A stretch of 64,000 nucleotides of DNA from a virus. Under the pieces are notes generated by a model that saw only the letters and a program-made list of their open reading frames with translations, had not been told where the DNA came from and made no database searches. The translations under genes were made by a program, and so were the position numbers. This document shows positions 1 to 9,159 of this stretch, one piece after another (positions within the stretch are counted from its first letter, which is position 1; the number at the start of each line of letters is the position of its first letter). The stretch is from the UHGV virus genome UHGV-0084588; one strand, written 5' to 3'.

Positions 1-1
1 G

Positions 2-1225
2 GTAAGAACGTTATTGATCCATCGACCCACGTACATTTCTAAATGGTTATTCGACTTAACGGAAGATCCCACCGGACTTCGTGAATCGAAAGAAGACGTC
101 TTGGTTATACAGGGCGTACAAGCGGTCTACGAAGCGCTAGAAATGGGTGAAAGTGGTGAGTTGGATAAACGTGGCATCAAAGTTATTATCGTCTCTACAG
201 TGACGCTACAGCGGTTTTTGAAAGAGTATATCAATACCGCCGCGACTAATCCGGTGAATATCGACGATTTCTATAACACGTTAGGTGTTGGGTTTTTATC
301 GATGGATGAAGTGCATGAACATTTCCACTTGGTGTACATGGCTGGAATTATGTTGAATCCGCCACCCTCTGTTGAAATGTCGGCTACACTCCAACCGGGT
401 GAATCGAAAGCGTTCTTGGCAGAACGGTATAAAGAACGTTTCCCACAAGAGGCACGTATCACCATTCCGATTATTCCTGCGGTACACGTGAAAGCGTTGT
501 ATTACCGGATTGAGAATAAACGGTTTGCGTGGTGGGCATCGAAAATGACCCCGTACAACCACAAACTATTTGAAGGGAAGTTGATTAGCGAAAACCTTCA
601 TCAGTCGTACGCGGATATGGTCTGGGATGTAATAGAACGCACGTATCTGGCAGGGTATCAACCTGGTCAGAAAGTGTTGGTGTTGTTTGCAACTGTCGCG
701 ATGTGCGAGTTCTTTACGGAGTATGTGCGAGAGAAGCTTGCACAATCCGATAAGTTCCACGCTTTGATGGTTGCGAAATATAACGCAGGAGATTCGTATG
801 ACGACTTCATTCAAGCGGATTTCTCTATTTCAACACCAGGGAAAGCGGGTACTGCGGTTGACAAACCGGGGTTGGTTCACATGTACATTACCACCCCTGT
901 GGAAGACCAGCAGTTAAACCGTCAGATGGCCGGACGCCCACGTAAGATCCTCCACAACGACTGGGGTGAACTCGATCCCGTTGTGTGGTTATTCCATTCT
1001 TACTCGATACCGAAGCATTGTAATTACTTGAATGCGCGTCAAAAATCACTGAGTGATTCTGTGTTGTCGTTTAAGATAGCCACCTCACCGTATATTGTAA
1101 GGAAAGCTGATGTTACTACCGCCGCAGCCAACAGAGCCAACCGCGCCGTATGCCGGTCTGAACTTAGCAAGTTTTCTCGAAAAAGTTTTAAAGGCGTATC
1201 CCGACGTTTTAGACGTCGTAAATAA
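2..1225 (+). CDS. SF2 helicase-like protein, 5-prime partial (runs off window start)
   Basis: Frame open from window edge; DEVH (helicase motif II-like) followed by SAT (motif III-like) and a QxxGRxR-like motif; no Walker A inside window, so tentative. Confidence 0.4.
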   Translation, partial: VRTLLIHRPTYISKWLFDLTEDPTGLRESKEDVLVIQGVQAVYEALEMGESGELDKRGIKVIIVSTVTLQRFLKEYINTAATNPVNIDDFYNTLGVGFLSMDEVHEHFHLVYMAGIMLNPPPSVEMSATLQPGESKAFLAERYKERFPQEARITIPIIPAVHVKALYYRIENKRFAWWASKMTPYNHKLFEGKLISENLHQSYADMVWDVIERTYLAGYQPGQKVLVLFATVAMCEFFTEYVREKLAQSDKFHALMVAKYNAGDSYDDFIQADFSISTPGKAGTAVDKPGLVHMYITTPVEDQQLNRQMAGRPRKILHNDWGELDPVVWLFHSYSIPKHCNYLNARQKSLSDSVLSFKIATSPYIVRKADVTTAAANRANRAVCRSELSKFSRKSFKGVSRRFRRRK

Positions 1226-1493
1226 ACTCTGCACTGATCCTGTAATGGGTGGCGCATTTCACTATTACATGGTGAATGAACACTTCGCAGGAATGCAGAT
1301 TTTCCAACGTGGTAAATGTTATTACATCACACGTAACTCCAGTATTCGTAATACCTCGTCTTATGAATTGTACAGCTGGGTTCTGTGGTCTGAAAACCCC
1401 GCAGGTAACGTAGACCAAAACCCGAAAGTGGCTTATCGGTTATACTCCGAGAAATGGCACAGTTGGGTAACCGTTCCTCATGATAACGGTTAA
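1110..1493 (+). CDS. hypothetical protein
   Basis: 127-aa ORF with AAGGA SD about 7 nt before ATG; overlaps last 116 nt of upstream frame; terminator hairpin follows at 1506-1537. Confidence 0.55.
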   Translation: MLLPPQPTEPTAPYAGLNLASFLEKVLKAYPDVLDVVNKLCTDPVMGGAFHYYMVNEHFAGMQIFQRGKCYYITRNSSIRNTSSYELYSWVLWSENPAGNVDQNPKVAYRLYSEKWHSWVTVPHDNG

Positions 1494-1505
1494 AAAGAAC
1501 AGAAC

Positions 1506-1537
1506 GGGTGTATAATGTGTACACCCTTTCTTTTTTT
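1506..1537 (+). terminator. rho-independent terminator
   Basis: Stem gggtgta/tacaccc followed by tttctttttttg. Confidence 0.7.
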
Positions 1538-1555
1538 GCTAAAGGAATATAAAAA

Positions 1556-2128
1556 ATGTCACGTCGTAAAAAGAAACCCGCTTATAACCCACGTGCTCTG
1601 GCGAAGAAAACCCTTCGTGAAAGCGTGAAGAACGTGTATAAACTGGTCATTCTGTTCGAAGACCAAATGAAAATTTTGGCTGAGCGTATCGACAAAGAAC
1701 GCGAGATTCTGGACGCGCTGCAAGAACCAGAATATAAAGAATTTGCCATTAACGCGTTAGATGAAGCGAAAGCGGCTTTCGTGGGTCTGATGGCAGAGGG
1801 GAAAGAAAAGCTGGGTGCCAAATTGATTGCGATCGATGAAGTGGCAACCAAAACCAAAACGATGTTGGAAAGCACGAATTGGTCCAACGTCAAAGAGCAA
1901 TATGAACTGGATACTTTGCTGGTGACTAACCTGGAAACTGATGCGATGTTCCTGGGTAAAGATATCCAGGGTGCCGCGATTGAGATCTTGTCACTGTACA
2001 ATAGTCGCGCCGATTTCGTAAAACGTGCAATGCAGCAAGGTAGCACGTTCGCTGAAGCGTACGAACTTCTACAGCAGGCCGAGCAGGCTGTAAAACAACC
2101 AGACACCGTCGTTGAAGCAGAGGGTTAA
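1556..2128 (+). CDS. hypothetical protein, basic N-terminus, codon-optimised
   Basis: 190-aa ORF; AAAGGAA SD; CGT/CTG/AAC-rich codon choice suggests high expression; starts right after a terminator. Confidence 0.75.
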   Translation: MSRRKKKPAYNPRALAKKTLRESVKNVYKLVILFEDQMKILAERIDKEREILDALQEPEYKEFAINALDEAKAAFVGLMAEGKEKLGAKLIAIDEVATKTKTMLESTNWSNVKEQYELDTLLVTNLETDAMFLGKDIQGAAIEILSLYNSRADFVKRAMQQGSTFAEAYELLQQAEQAVKQPDTVVEAEG

Positions 2129-2131
2129 TTA

Positions 2132-4090
2132 ATGTCAGATACTTTAGACCAACGCCCAGGCAATGGGCGTCGTCGGGCTCAGGAAGACGCACCTCATGTC
2201 GTCGTGCCCGAGGTTGACTTGTCTACGATGTCCGCCGACGATGGGATTATGGCAATCAAGCGCAGTAATCCCCAATTTTCATTCGCTCAAGCAGAAGAGA
2301 TGTATCACAATCTCGTAAAAGCGAAACCTGCTGAAGAACCCGTTCTACCTAAACCGGTTTATGAAGAAGAACCTGCTCCGGTAGTGACAATTACCGAGCC
2401 TGAACCCGTTGTCGTTGAGCCAGTTATTCAGCAAACTGGTGCTGCCCCTGCCGCACACAAACCTGAGCCTGCGGTAGAAAAGAAAGTCGAAGAACCTTAC
2501 GTTCCTCAGGCGATTGAAGGTTCGCAGATTGCCGCTGATCACGAACCTGAAGCGTCACCGGCAGTGAAAGAACAACCGGCTGAACACCATGTGAATTTCG
2601 GTACGCAAGCACCGCACGAAGAGATCAGTGAATTGCCCGAAGACGACCCAGGTCGGGTTCTGACAGAGTTCAATACACTGATTGGTTTACGTGAAGACCC
2701 TAATCTCATCGGTAGCGAGCTGAAGAAATTCTTTTCCAGCGTTCCGCGTGGTAATGACGGTCGACTCCTGTTTAAATCGGAAGAACAGCGTGACCTGTAC
2801 GAGCGTTTGTATCGTGCATTGAACATGATGCCGCCGCGTTTACAAAACCAACAGCAAGCGTTCGATGGTGCATTGTCTCGTGAAGATACCGCCTGGGAAC
2901 AGCGTGTGCAGTTGCCGGGAATGTCTAAGCCGGTCGGCTTCATTACACCGCGTAACAGCCAGCACACTGGTGCTATTGCGGCACTTCGTCGTCGCCGTAA
3001 ATCAGGTATCCCTAACTGGGTATGGCTACCCGCAACAGGCATCTTTGTAGGTTTCCGTGCACCATTAGAACGCGAAATCTGCGATTTTGATATTCAGCTG
3101 ACCCTGGAAACTGCAAAAATCGGTATGCAGACTTACGGCCTGATGTTATCCGCGTCTTCAGGTATCTATTTAAGCCATATGGTTGAATTTGCGTTACGCT
3201 TCGTCACCGACTGCACGTTGGATTGCGAAGGGAACGACATGAAGACCGTGCTGTTGGATACTATCGATCTTGCGGATTATTGGCTGTTGCTGATTGGCGT
3301 GATGCAAGCGAAATATCCGGGTGGTTTGCCGTGGACGTTAATCTGTGGTCATGAGGGTTGCGGCTATCAGGAAGATATTCGCCTGAACCTGGCCCGTTGT
3401 ATCCGCATGGGTACGTCACTTTACACAGATATGCAGCGTAGCCTGTGGGCCCAGCAGCGTGGTAAAGAAGACGTTACGATCAGTCGTTTGGAACAACGTA
3501 AGTTTGTTGAAGAACATCTGAAAGATCCGTCTGCGACATTCGTAAGCGACGGCATTACCGTTAAATTCGGTCGTTCGACGTTAGGCAAGTTCTTTGACAA
3601 TACGGAACGTTGGGTCGAAGAGAACAACACCGCGTCCACATCTGCGTTGGCTGAGAAAGGTACCGAACGCGAGCGTGAAGATCATCTCCGTCTCATTACC
3701 GAAGCACGTCGCCTAACACGTTATGCGTATATGGTGGAATCCATTACAGTAACTGAAGAAGTTGTGCAGGACGATGAAGTTCGTGAGGTAAGCACCACAG
3801 AAACGGATACCGATAAGATTATCCAGATTCTGGAGGAGCTGTCTTCCGATCGTCATTATGTGTATGAGTTTGAGGCGGCTGCGGCGAACTATAACGAACG
3901 TAGTCGTTTGGCGGTGTTCGGATATATGGGACAGAAATGTCCGTCGTGCGGCAAAACGCATGAAGGCGAGAAAGAAGGCACTTACCGTGGTATCGTGACG
4001 ATCTCACCGGACCGCGTTTTTTTCGAGCTATCTCGAGTGGTGTCCGAGATTCAGCGGTATCTGAGGGATCAATACGCCGTTATTGGCTAG
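2132..4090 (+). CDS. hypothetical protein with Pro/Glu-rich linker and C-terminal CxxC
   Basis: 652-aa ORF; about 150-aa low-complexity P/E/V/A-rich segment then globular part ending with CPSCGK motif. Confidence 0.75.
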   Translation: MSDTLDQRPGNGRRRAQEDAPHVVVPEVDLSTMSADDGIMAIKRSNPQFSFAQAEEMYHNLVKAKPAEEPVLPKPVYEEEPAPVVTITEPEPVVVEPVIQQTGAAPAAHKPEPAVEKKVEEPYVPQAIEGSQIAADHEPEASPAVKEQPAEHHVNFGTQAPHEEISELPEDDPGRVLTEFNTLIGLREDPNLIGSELKKFFSSVPRGNDGRLLFKSEEQRDLYERLYRALNMMPPRLQNQQQAFDGALSREDTAWEQRVQLPGMSKPVGFITPRNSQHTGAIAALRRRRKSGIPNWVWLPATGIFVGFRAPLEREICDFDIQLTLETAKIGMQTYGLMLSASSGIYLSHMVEFALRFVTDCTLDCEGNDMKTVLLDTIDLADYWLLLIGVMQAKYPGGLPWTLICGHEGCGYQEDIRLNLARCIRMGTSLYTDMQRSLWAQQRGKEDVTISRLEQRKFVEEHLKDPSATFVSDGITVKFGRSTLGKFFDNTERWVEENNTASTSALAEKGTEREREDHLRLITEARRLTRYAYMVESITVTEEVVQDDEVREVSTTETDTDKIIQILEELSSDRHYVYEFEAAAANYNERSRLAVFGYMGQKCPSCGKTHEGEKEGTYRGIVTISPDRVFFELSRVVSEIQRYLRDQYAVIG

Positions 4091-4206
4091 ACCCGAACGA
4101 GATTCCTTCGGATCACGTCATTAATACGCTTAAGCTTGATACCACCTCACTGTTCAAACAACGTAGCACGCGCCCGATAACTTATCAGGAAGCCCACGAT
4201 GAGCTT

Positions 4207-4512
4207 TTGGGTGCGTACGATTTATCGGTCGGACTAGATACCGGGACGAGACATGTTGGCTTATCAGATTTCGAAAACCCCGAATATGGGAGTTTGTATG
4301 AAATCTGGATGGAAGTGTATCTGCGCGAGCAGATAGGTGAGCATTTCAGAATGACCTTCGACGAGTGGTTAAATCGACCACGGTGGGAGATTTTGATGAT
4401 GCTCCGTGTGCTTAATCGTCGTAAAGCTGCGATTAAGAAAGTCATGAGTGACGTTACTGCCGGTGATCCAGAGCTACAAGGTTTGGAGAAAGAACTTAAG
4501 CTGAAAAATTAA
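4207..4512 (+). CDS. hypothetical protein (start uncertain)
   Basis: ORF begins at TTG 4207, first internal ATG further downstream; terminator 4519-4557 directly follows the stop, supporting a real gene. Confidence 0.45.
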   Translation: MGAYDLSVGLDTGTRHVGLSDFENPEYGSLYEIWMEVYLREQIGEHFRMTFDEWLNRPRWEILMMLRVLNRRKAAIKKVMSDVTAGDPELQGLEKELKLKN

Positions 4513-4518
4513 GTATAA

Positions 4519-4557
4519 GGGAGTCGTAAAGACTCCCTTAGCTTTTTCTTTTTTTTT
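4519..4557 (+). terminator. rho-independent terminator
   Basis: Stem gggagtc/gactccc, loop gtaaa, long T-run. Confidence 0.75.
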
Positions 4558-4593
4558 CGCTTTTGGTATGAACCCCTTGTATTGGAAAAGGCT

Positions 4594-5448
4594 ATGATTG
4601 ACATTTATACCGATTACGCCGCCGTTCTTACCGTCAATCGTGCGGAAGAACGTGCTGCGCCTTTCCTGGACTTAGTAACGCTGTGCATGGATTACGGTTA
4701 CGATGTTGCGTTAAGCGATGTGTATTGGCAACCGTCGTCTGATCCTGCCGACGAAACCGTAAGACTGGAAGGGATTATTGTAAAATGCGCAGTGGCGTTA
4801 GGTAACCGTTTAGGCGTTGCTTTAAACCCACAAGAAGTTTTCCGTAAACCGAAAGAGACCGTACGTATTCTAGACGGCATTACGTCTAAATTCGAAGAGT
4901 TCGAAGACACCGATACGTTATACGGTCTTGTGATGTCTGGAGAAACGCCAGAGTTTATCCTGGAAAGTATCTGCCGTTACGTGTACGGTGACGATAATAT
5001 CCATTTTGAAGATTTGGTCATTCGTGTTTCACCCCGTGTAATGACAGTGATGCGTAATTATCTCTCAGCTATGGTTGTGGATGAGCAACTCGCTGTAGGT
5101 AACGATGTACGTCTGACGCGTATTGCAGAATACTTGCGTCTTTATCCGCAAAATCCCTCTGCGTTCGTATTCTTAAACTTACCTGAAGATCCTGATTTGA
5201 CGGTTGTCCAACAATCGTTAGTCTTTGACGTCGAGGATTACAGCGAAACAGAATTGCTCGAGATGTATACGGTAGGACTTTCGATTATCGATAACGATGA
5301 CTTCGATGACGCGTATGCTGATCTTTCGACGAACTTAGAGAAACTTAATAATGATGGGTTACAACCCATTACTGTTTTACAACCTGCTTTAAAAAGCCTA
5401 CGGGTGATTTATCGGGTTGAGGAGGCAGAGCACGATGACGAGGTTTGA
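4594..5448 (+). CDS. hypothetical protein
   Basis: 285-aa ORF from first ATG (track ORF starts at TTG 4582); follows terminator; co-directional array. Confidence 0.65.
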   Translation: MIDIYTDYAAVLTVNRAEERAAPFLDLVTLCMDYGYDVALSDVYWQPSSDPADETVRLEGIIVKCAVALGNRLGVALNPQEVFRKPKETVRILDGITSKFEEFEDTDTLYGLVMSGETPEFILESICRYVYGDDNIHFEDLVIRVSPRVMTVMRNYLSAMVVDEQLAVGNDVRLTRIAEYLRLYPQNPSAFVFLNLPEDPDLTVVQQSLVFDVEDYSETELLEMYTVGLSIIDNDDFDDAYADLSTNLEKLNNDGLQPITVLQPALKSLRVIYRVEEAEHDDEV

Positions 5449-6736
5449 GTTCTTAGTAGCGGCATGTAAAGCCGAAGCATGGCGTCGCTTGGTTTGGCGC
5501 ATTGCTATCTTTAACATGTCGGTGTTTCCAACTGGGCGTGAAGAACCCGAAGCGTTTGATATTACGTACATTGACGGCTTACCGCATTATTACGCTGTAG
5601 AAGACGGCAAGGGCAGTTGGGAACCGATTACCGACGGTGTAAAGGATCAGGAGCTGTTTATCCCTGAAGAACAGTTCGAACTCCGTCCCGACGACTATCC
5701 CGGTCTAGAAGGTCCTATCCCCACGACAGTAGGGCGATACGTTTTTAACTGGATTGTTATCTGGTATGCTTTTGGTACACGTTTACCTTATCTGGCGATT
5801 TCACAAAACCCGTTGGAATACCGCAAAGAGATGCATCGGCGCTGTTTAGACCATGAATCCGATGAGCCAGAAAACGAAGGTGCGATTCGTCCGAGTATGA
5901 TTGAACGCTTTGTAAGCGGCTTACACGAACTCGCTCCTCTCACGTCAGGTATTGCACCAACCGGTACGTTACGAAGCCTTACGGTGCATCCTGATGCGTA
6001 TAAAATTCGCGATGCGTTGCTGTTGAAGCATAAGGATGAATTAGACGATCCTGCCGTTATCGTTAAGATTGAAAAAGCGTTGGATGAGTTAGACAAAGAG
6101 TGGTTGTCAGGTGACCAATCTATTGAGTTTTATAACTCGCCGAAATCACGGATGCGTCGTCGTAAATTAATGTTGATGTACGGTATTGAGTCGTCTTTTC
6201 AGGAAGGGGGACATTACACGCTCATTCCGAACGCGTTAGTTGAAGTTGATAAGGCGGGGATGGAAAACCTGGTTGCGAAATTCAACTCTATCCGTGAAGG
6301 TTCATTCTCTCGTGGTGCAGAAACAGCGAAAGGGGGTGAGCAGGTACGTATTATCCAGATGATTTTCCAGAACCATCGAATCGTCCCTGGTGACTGTGGA
6401 ACGAAACTAACGTATCCGGTTGTGATTACCGAAGATAACGTAAAACGTTACGTTGGGATGAATGCGATGGTTAATGGTAAACTGACGCCACTGACTGAGG
6501 AATATTTAAAGCAGCAGTTAGGTAAGGTGGTGCGGTTACGCCGACCCATCTTATGTCAGTATGGCCACATCGACACCTGCACAGCGTGTTCGTCAGCGAA
6601 TAAAGGGGAAGAACCTCGTGCAATCGCTGCGGATATATCCTCGGCGTTCTCTAACGTTATGTCCGTGGCAATGGCCGCGATGCACGGTAAAGAGACTGTG
6701 GTACACGAATTTAATCCATCGATCCACATTACGTAA
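5435..6736 (+). CDS. hypothetical protein
   Basis: ATG at 5435 preceded by GAGGAGG SD; overlaps upstream stop by 14 nt; 434 aa. Confidence 0.7.
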   Translation: MTRFEFLVAACKAEAWRRLVWRIAIFNMSVFPTGREEPEAFDITYIDGLPHYYAVEDGKGSWEPITDGVKDQELFIPEEQFELRPDDYPGLEGPIPTTVGRYVFNWIVIWYAFGTRLPYLAISQNPLEYRKEMHRRCLDHESDEPENEGAIRPSMIERFVSGLHELAPLTSGIAPTGTLRSLTVHPDAYKIRDALLLKHKDELDDPAVIVKIEKALDELDKEWLSGDQSIEFYNSPKSRMRRRKLMLMYGIESSFQEGGHYTLIPNALVEVDKAGMENLVAKFNSIREGSFSRGAETAKGGEQVRIIQMIFQNHRIVPGDCGTKLTYPVVITEDNVKRYVGMNAMVNGKLTPLTEEYLKQQLGKVVRLRRPILCQYGHIDTCTACSSANKGEEPRAIAADISSAFSNVMSVAMAAMHGKETVVHEFNPSIHIT

Positions 6737-6749
6737 GGATTATTAGCCA

Positions 6750-7259
6750 ATGGCAACTAAAGATATTACGACACAAGACGAGCGTACGTCAGCTGTAAGA
6801 CGTGCTGAGGAAAATACGGTAAATTACAGCCAAGATGACGCGTACCAGGTGCGACTTATTGCTACTCAGCTCGATGAGGCTGGCGCGGCAATTAGCCAAA
6901 ATAAACCGAAAGATACTCCAGAAGCTGACGATGCTTTCCGTAAGCTGCATCAATCGTTCCGTTCGTTATTTGAACTACGCGGTCAGGCGTTCATTGATGC
7001 TTTCAACGTGTTCGTTGAAGCTGCAATTAAACACAAGCGCGGTATCTTCTACTATCCGAATGTAAACTACCATTTAGATTGGTTTTACGATTCCGCCGAA
7101 CGTGAAACATACGTCGTGTTCATCAATATGTTAGTACGTTTCGCAAATTCCCAGGATAAAGCAAATTTCGCTCAGCGTGACAACGTTGGACGTTTGGTAC
7201 AACGTGTGACCGATCCAGAGCTGCAACACTTACTGGCTTACTGCTTCAACGCGGCATAA
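6750..7259 (+). CDS. hypothetical protein
   Basis: 169-aa ORF; terminator 7268-7308 follows. Confidence 0.65.
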   Translation: MATKDITTQDERTSAVRRAEENTVNYSQDDAYQVRLIATQLDEAGAAISQNKPKDTPEADDAFRKLHQSFRSLFELRGQAFIDAFNVFVEAAIKHKRGIFYYPNVNYHLDWFYDSAERETYVVFINMLVRFANSQDKANFAQRDNVGRLVQRVTDPELQHLLAYCFNAA

Positions 7260-7267
7260 AAGTATTA

Positions 7268-7308
7268 CCCTACTCCCATCGGGAGTAGGGTAACGTTTAT
7301 TTTTTTTT
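7268..7308 (+). terminator. rho-independent terminator (repeat family A)
   Basis: Stem ccctactccc/gggagtaggg then ttatttttttttac; lies between convergent genes. Confidence 0.75.
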
Positions 7309-9088
7309 ACTTTGCGGCTTTGATGTATTCAAAAGGATCGGTAATTGCTTCTCCTTGTCGACGTAGAAAGGCTTCTAAGACGTCGTTTTTATCGGGTAAT
7401 AGGAAGAAATCTGTCGCGATCTCCATTGCGTTAACGCGACCTGCAGTAAGGTTAATACCGACGCGACGCCGTACTTCTTCAGGAACACCGTGAATGCTTA
7501 ATAACTCGATTAACGTCGTCTCACGAGACTGGTTCATCATGTTTGTTGCGGATGGGTATGCCTGGGTTAAGTCAGCATCTGCGGTTTGACCACGGAAAGC
7601 CGTGTAGAAATCATCAACCTCCTTGATGATGTTTCGTAGGCCATTCTCTGCGTTCATACACGCGGTCAATGTAACAATCCAACCGTCTGTCCCAATGACT
7701 TCATTGTCAAAATCGTTACGCATCGCGCTACCCACACAGCCGATAACCAGACCTTGTTCGTAGAGGTAGTACGTGTACGCAATACAGATTCGCTTCGGCA
7801 GTGAAGGGAAGATATCGTACATCGAATAACCTGCCAACACTGAAATAGCAGAAGACAGATCGTTCGTCTTTTTATCAAGCAGAACAATCATCAGGTTATC
7901 GAAGATGTTATAAACGCAGTATTCTAACGGGAAATCTTTCTGTGCCTTTAAGTGCCATTCCAATTTTTCCTCGTAGGGTAAATCCGGTAAGTCTAACTTG
8001 TTTAAACCCAACTCGGTTTCCAGTATCGCGTTAAGTTTGTAAGAAGGACGTTGCCCTTCGTGTACACGCAATGAACGGAATAGACACATCGCATCTACAC
8101 AGTAGAATGACGCCGTACAATAAAGAATGTGCCACTGCTGTGAAGGTGCTTTTGTTAGTGACTTTGATTCCGTTTTCTTCGATGCTTCGTCTTTCTTAAA
8201 GTAGACACGACGGTACTGTTTCGGCACGTCTGGATGACAGAAGACGTCTTCCGGTGGAATGCCCGCTGCTTCTAAAGCTTCTAACATACGTGAAATATCG
8301 AACTCGTGGTTCCATGCGACAAGTAAGTCAGGGAGACGAGGGTGAATTTCCTCAAACATCCGTTGAATACAACAGCCCGAATTGAGACATTCGTAAACGA
8401 AGATTTTGTAACCGTCGATAACGTTTTTGTATTTAACGATAGGATTGTCGTTCTCGTCTTTTCCACGAAAAGCGATTTTAGAAAGCAATTCCTGAGCACG
8501 ATTGACGAGTCGCGCTTCAAAGTTTTCGCGTCCGCAGCGTGTGACGTAGTCTTTCGTAGCAAAGAAATGAATCTCGTCGTCTAAAACAAAACTCATAATC
8601 CAGGGGTCTCGAGATTTGTCTTCTTCTCGAGTTTCCACGTCGTATACACAGATGCGGTTGGGTGAAACAGCATTAGGCCATTTACGCATGTACTTTTCTT
8701 TAATCCAGCTCGTAATGGGCAAATCGGCCCAGTAAACAAACGGTGAAGTACAAACTTGGCGGAGTGGTTTCTTTTTGTCGGGAAAACGAATCCCCAAACC
8801 CATCTGTATGGTTGAGGACATCATTACATCCGTTGTTAAATATTCCTGACACTTACTACGTTCCTCGTATTCCTTCTTTTCCTTGTGGTTACGATGTTGT
8901 GGTAAAGTAATGTAGATGGGACGTTTCAGATTTTCACGCATGACAATTCGTGGGATATATCTGCCATCTTTAGTATGGACGACCTCCTTTATGAGCACGA
9001 AGTCGTTTTCTTTCTGCTGATCGGTTGCGTAAGAAACAAACTTGCACTCCTTGGCAATAACGTCTTCCGGTGCGTAATAGTTATTCAT
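7307..9088 (-). CDS. DEDDy 3-5 exonuclease, family-B DNA polymerase exonuclease-domain-like
   Basis: Ordered motifs VYDVETRE (Exo I, DxE), AWNHEFD (Exo II, NxxFD), YNIFD (Exo III, YxxxD); no YGDTDS polymerase motif seen; start set at internal ATG 9088 to avoid overlap with divergent gene. Confidence 0.55.
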   Translation of the reverse strand: MNNYYAPEDVIAKECKFVSYATDQQKENDFVLIKEVVHTKDGRYIPRIVMRENLKRPIYITLPQHRNHKEKKEYEERSKCQEYLTTDVMMSSTIQMGLGIRFPDKKKPLRQVCTSPFVYWADLPITSWIKEKYMRKWPNAVSPNRICVYDVETREEDKSRDPWIMSFVLDDEIHFFATKDYVTRCGRENFEARLVNRAQELLSKIAFRGKDENDNPIVKYKNVIDGYKIFVYECLNSGCCIQRMFEEIHPRLPDLLVAWNHEFDISRMLEALEAAGIPPEDVFCHPDVPKQYRRVYFKKDEASKKTESKSLTKAPSQQWHILYCTASFYCVDAMCLFRSLRVHEGQRPSYKLNAILETELGLNKLDLPDLPYEEKLEWHLKAQKDFPLEYCVYNIFDNLMIVLLDKKTNDLSSAISVLAGYSMYDIFPSLPKRICIAYTYYLYEQGLVIGCVGSAMRNDFDNEVIGTDGWIVTLTACMNAENGLRNIIKEVDDFYTAFRGQTADADLTQAYPSATNMMNQSRETTLIELLSIHGVPEEVRRRVGINLTAGRVNAMEIATDFFLLPDKNDVLEAFLRRQGEAITDPFEYIKAAK

Positions 9089-9159
9089 GATTTCACTCTC
9101 AAATCTAGCGGCTGCTATACTGATTTGTGGGTAATGTAATTTCTCAAAAGGAAACACAA

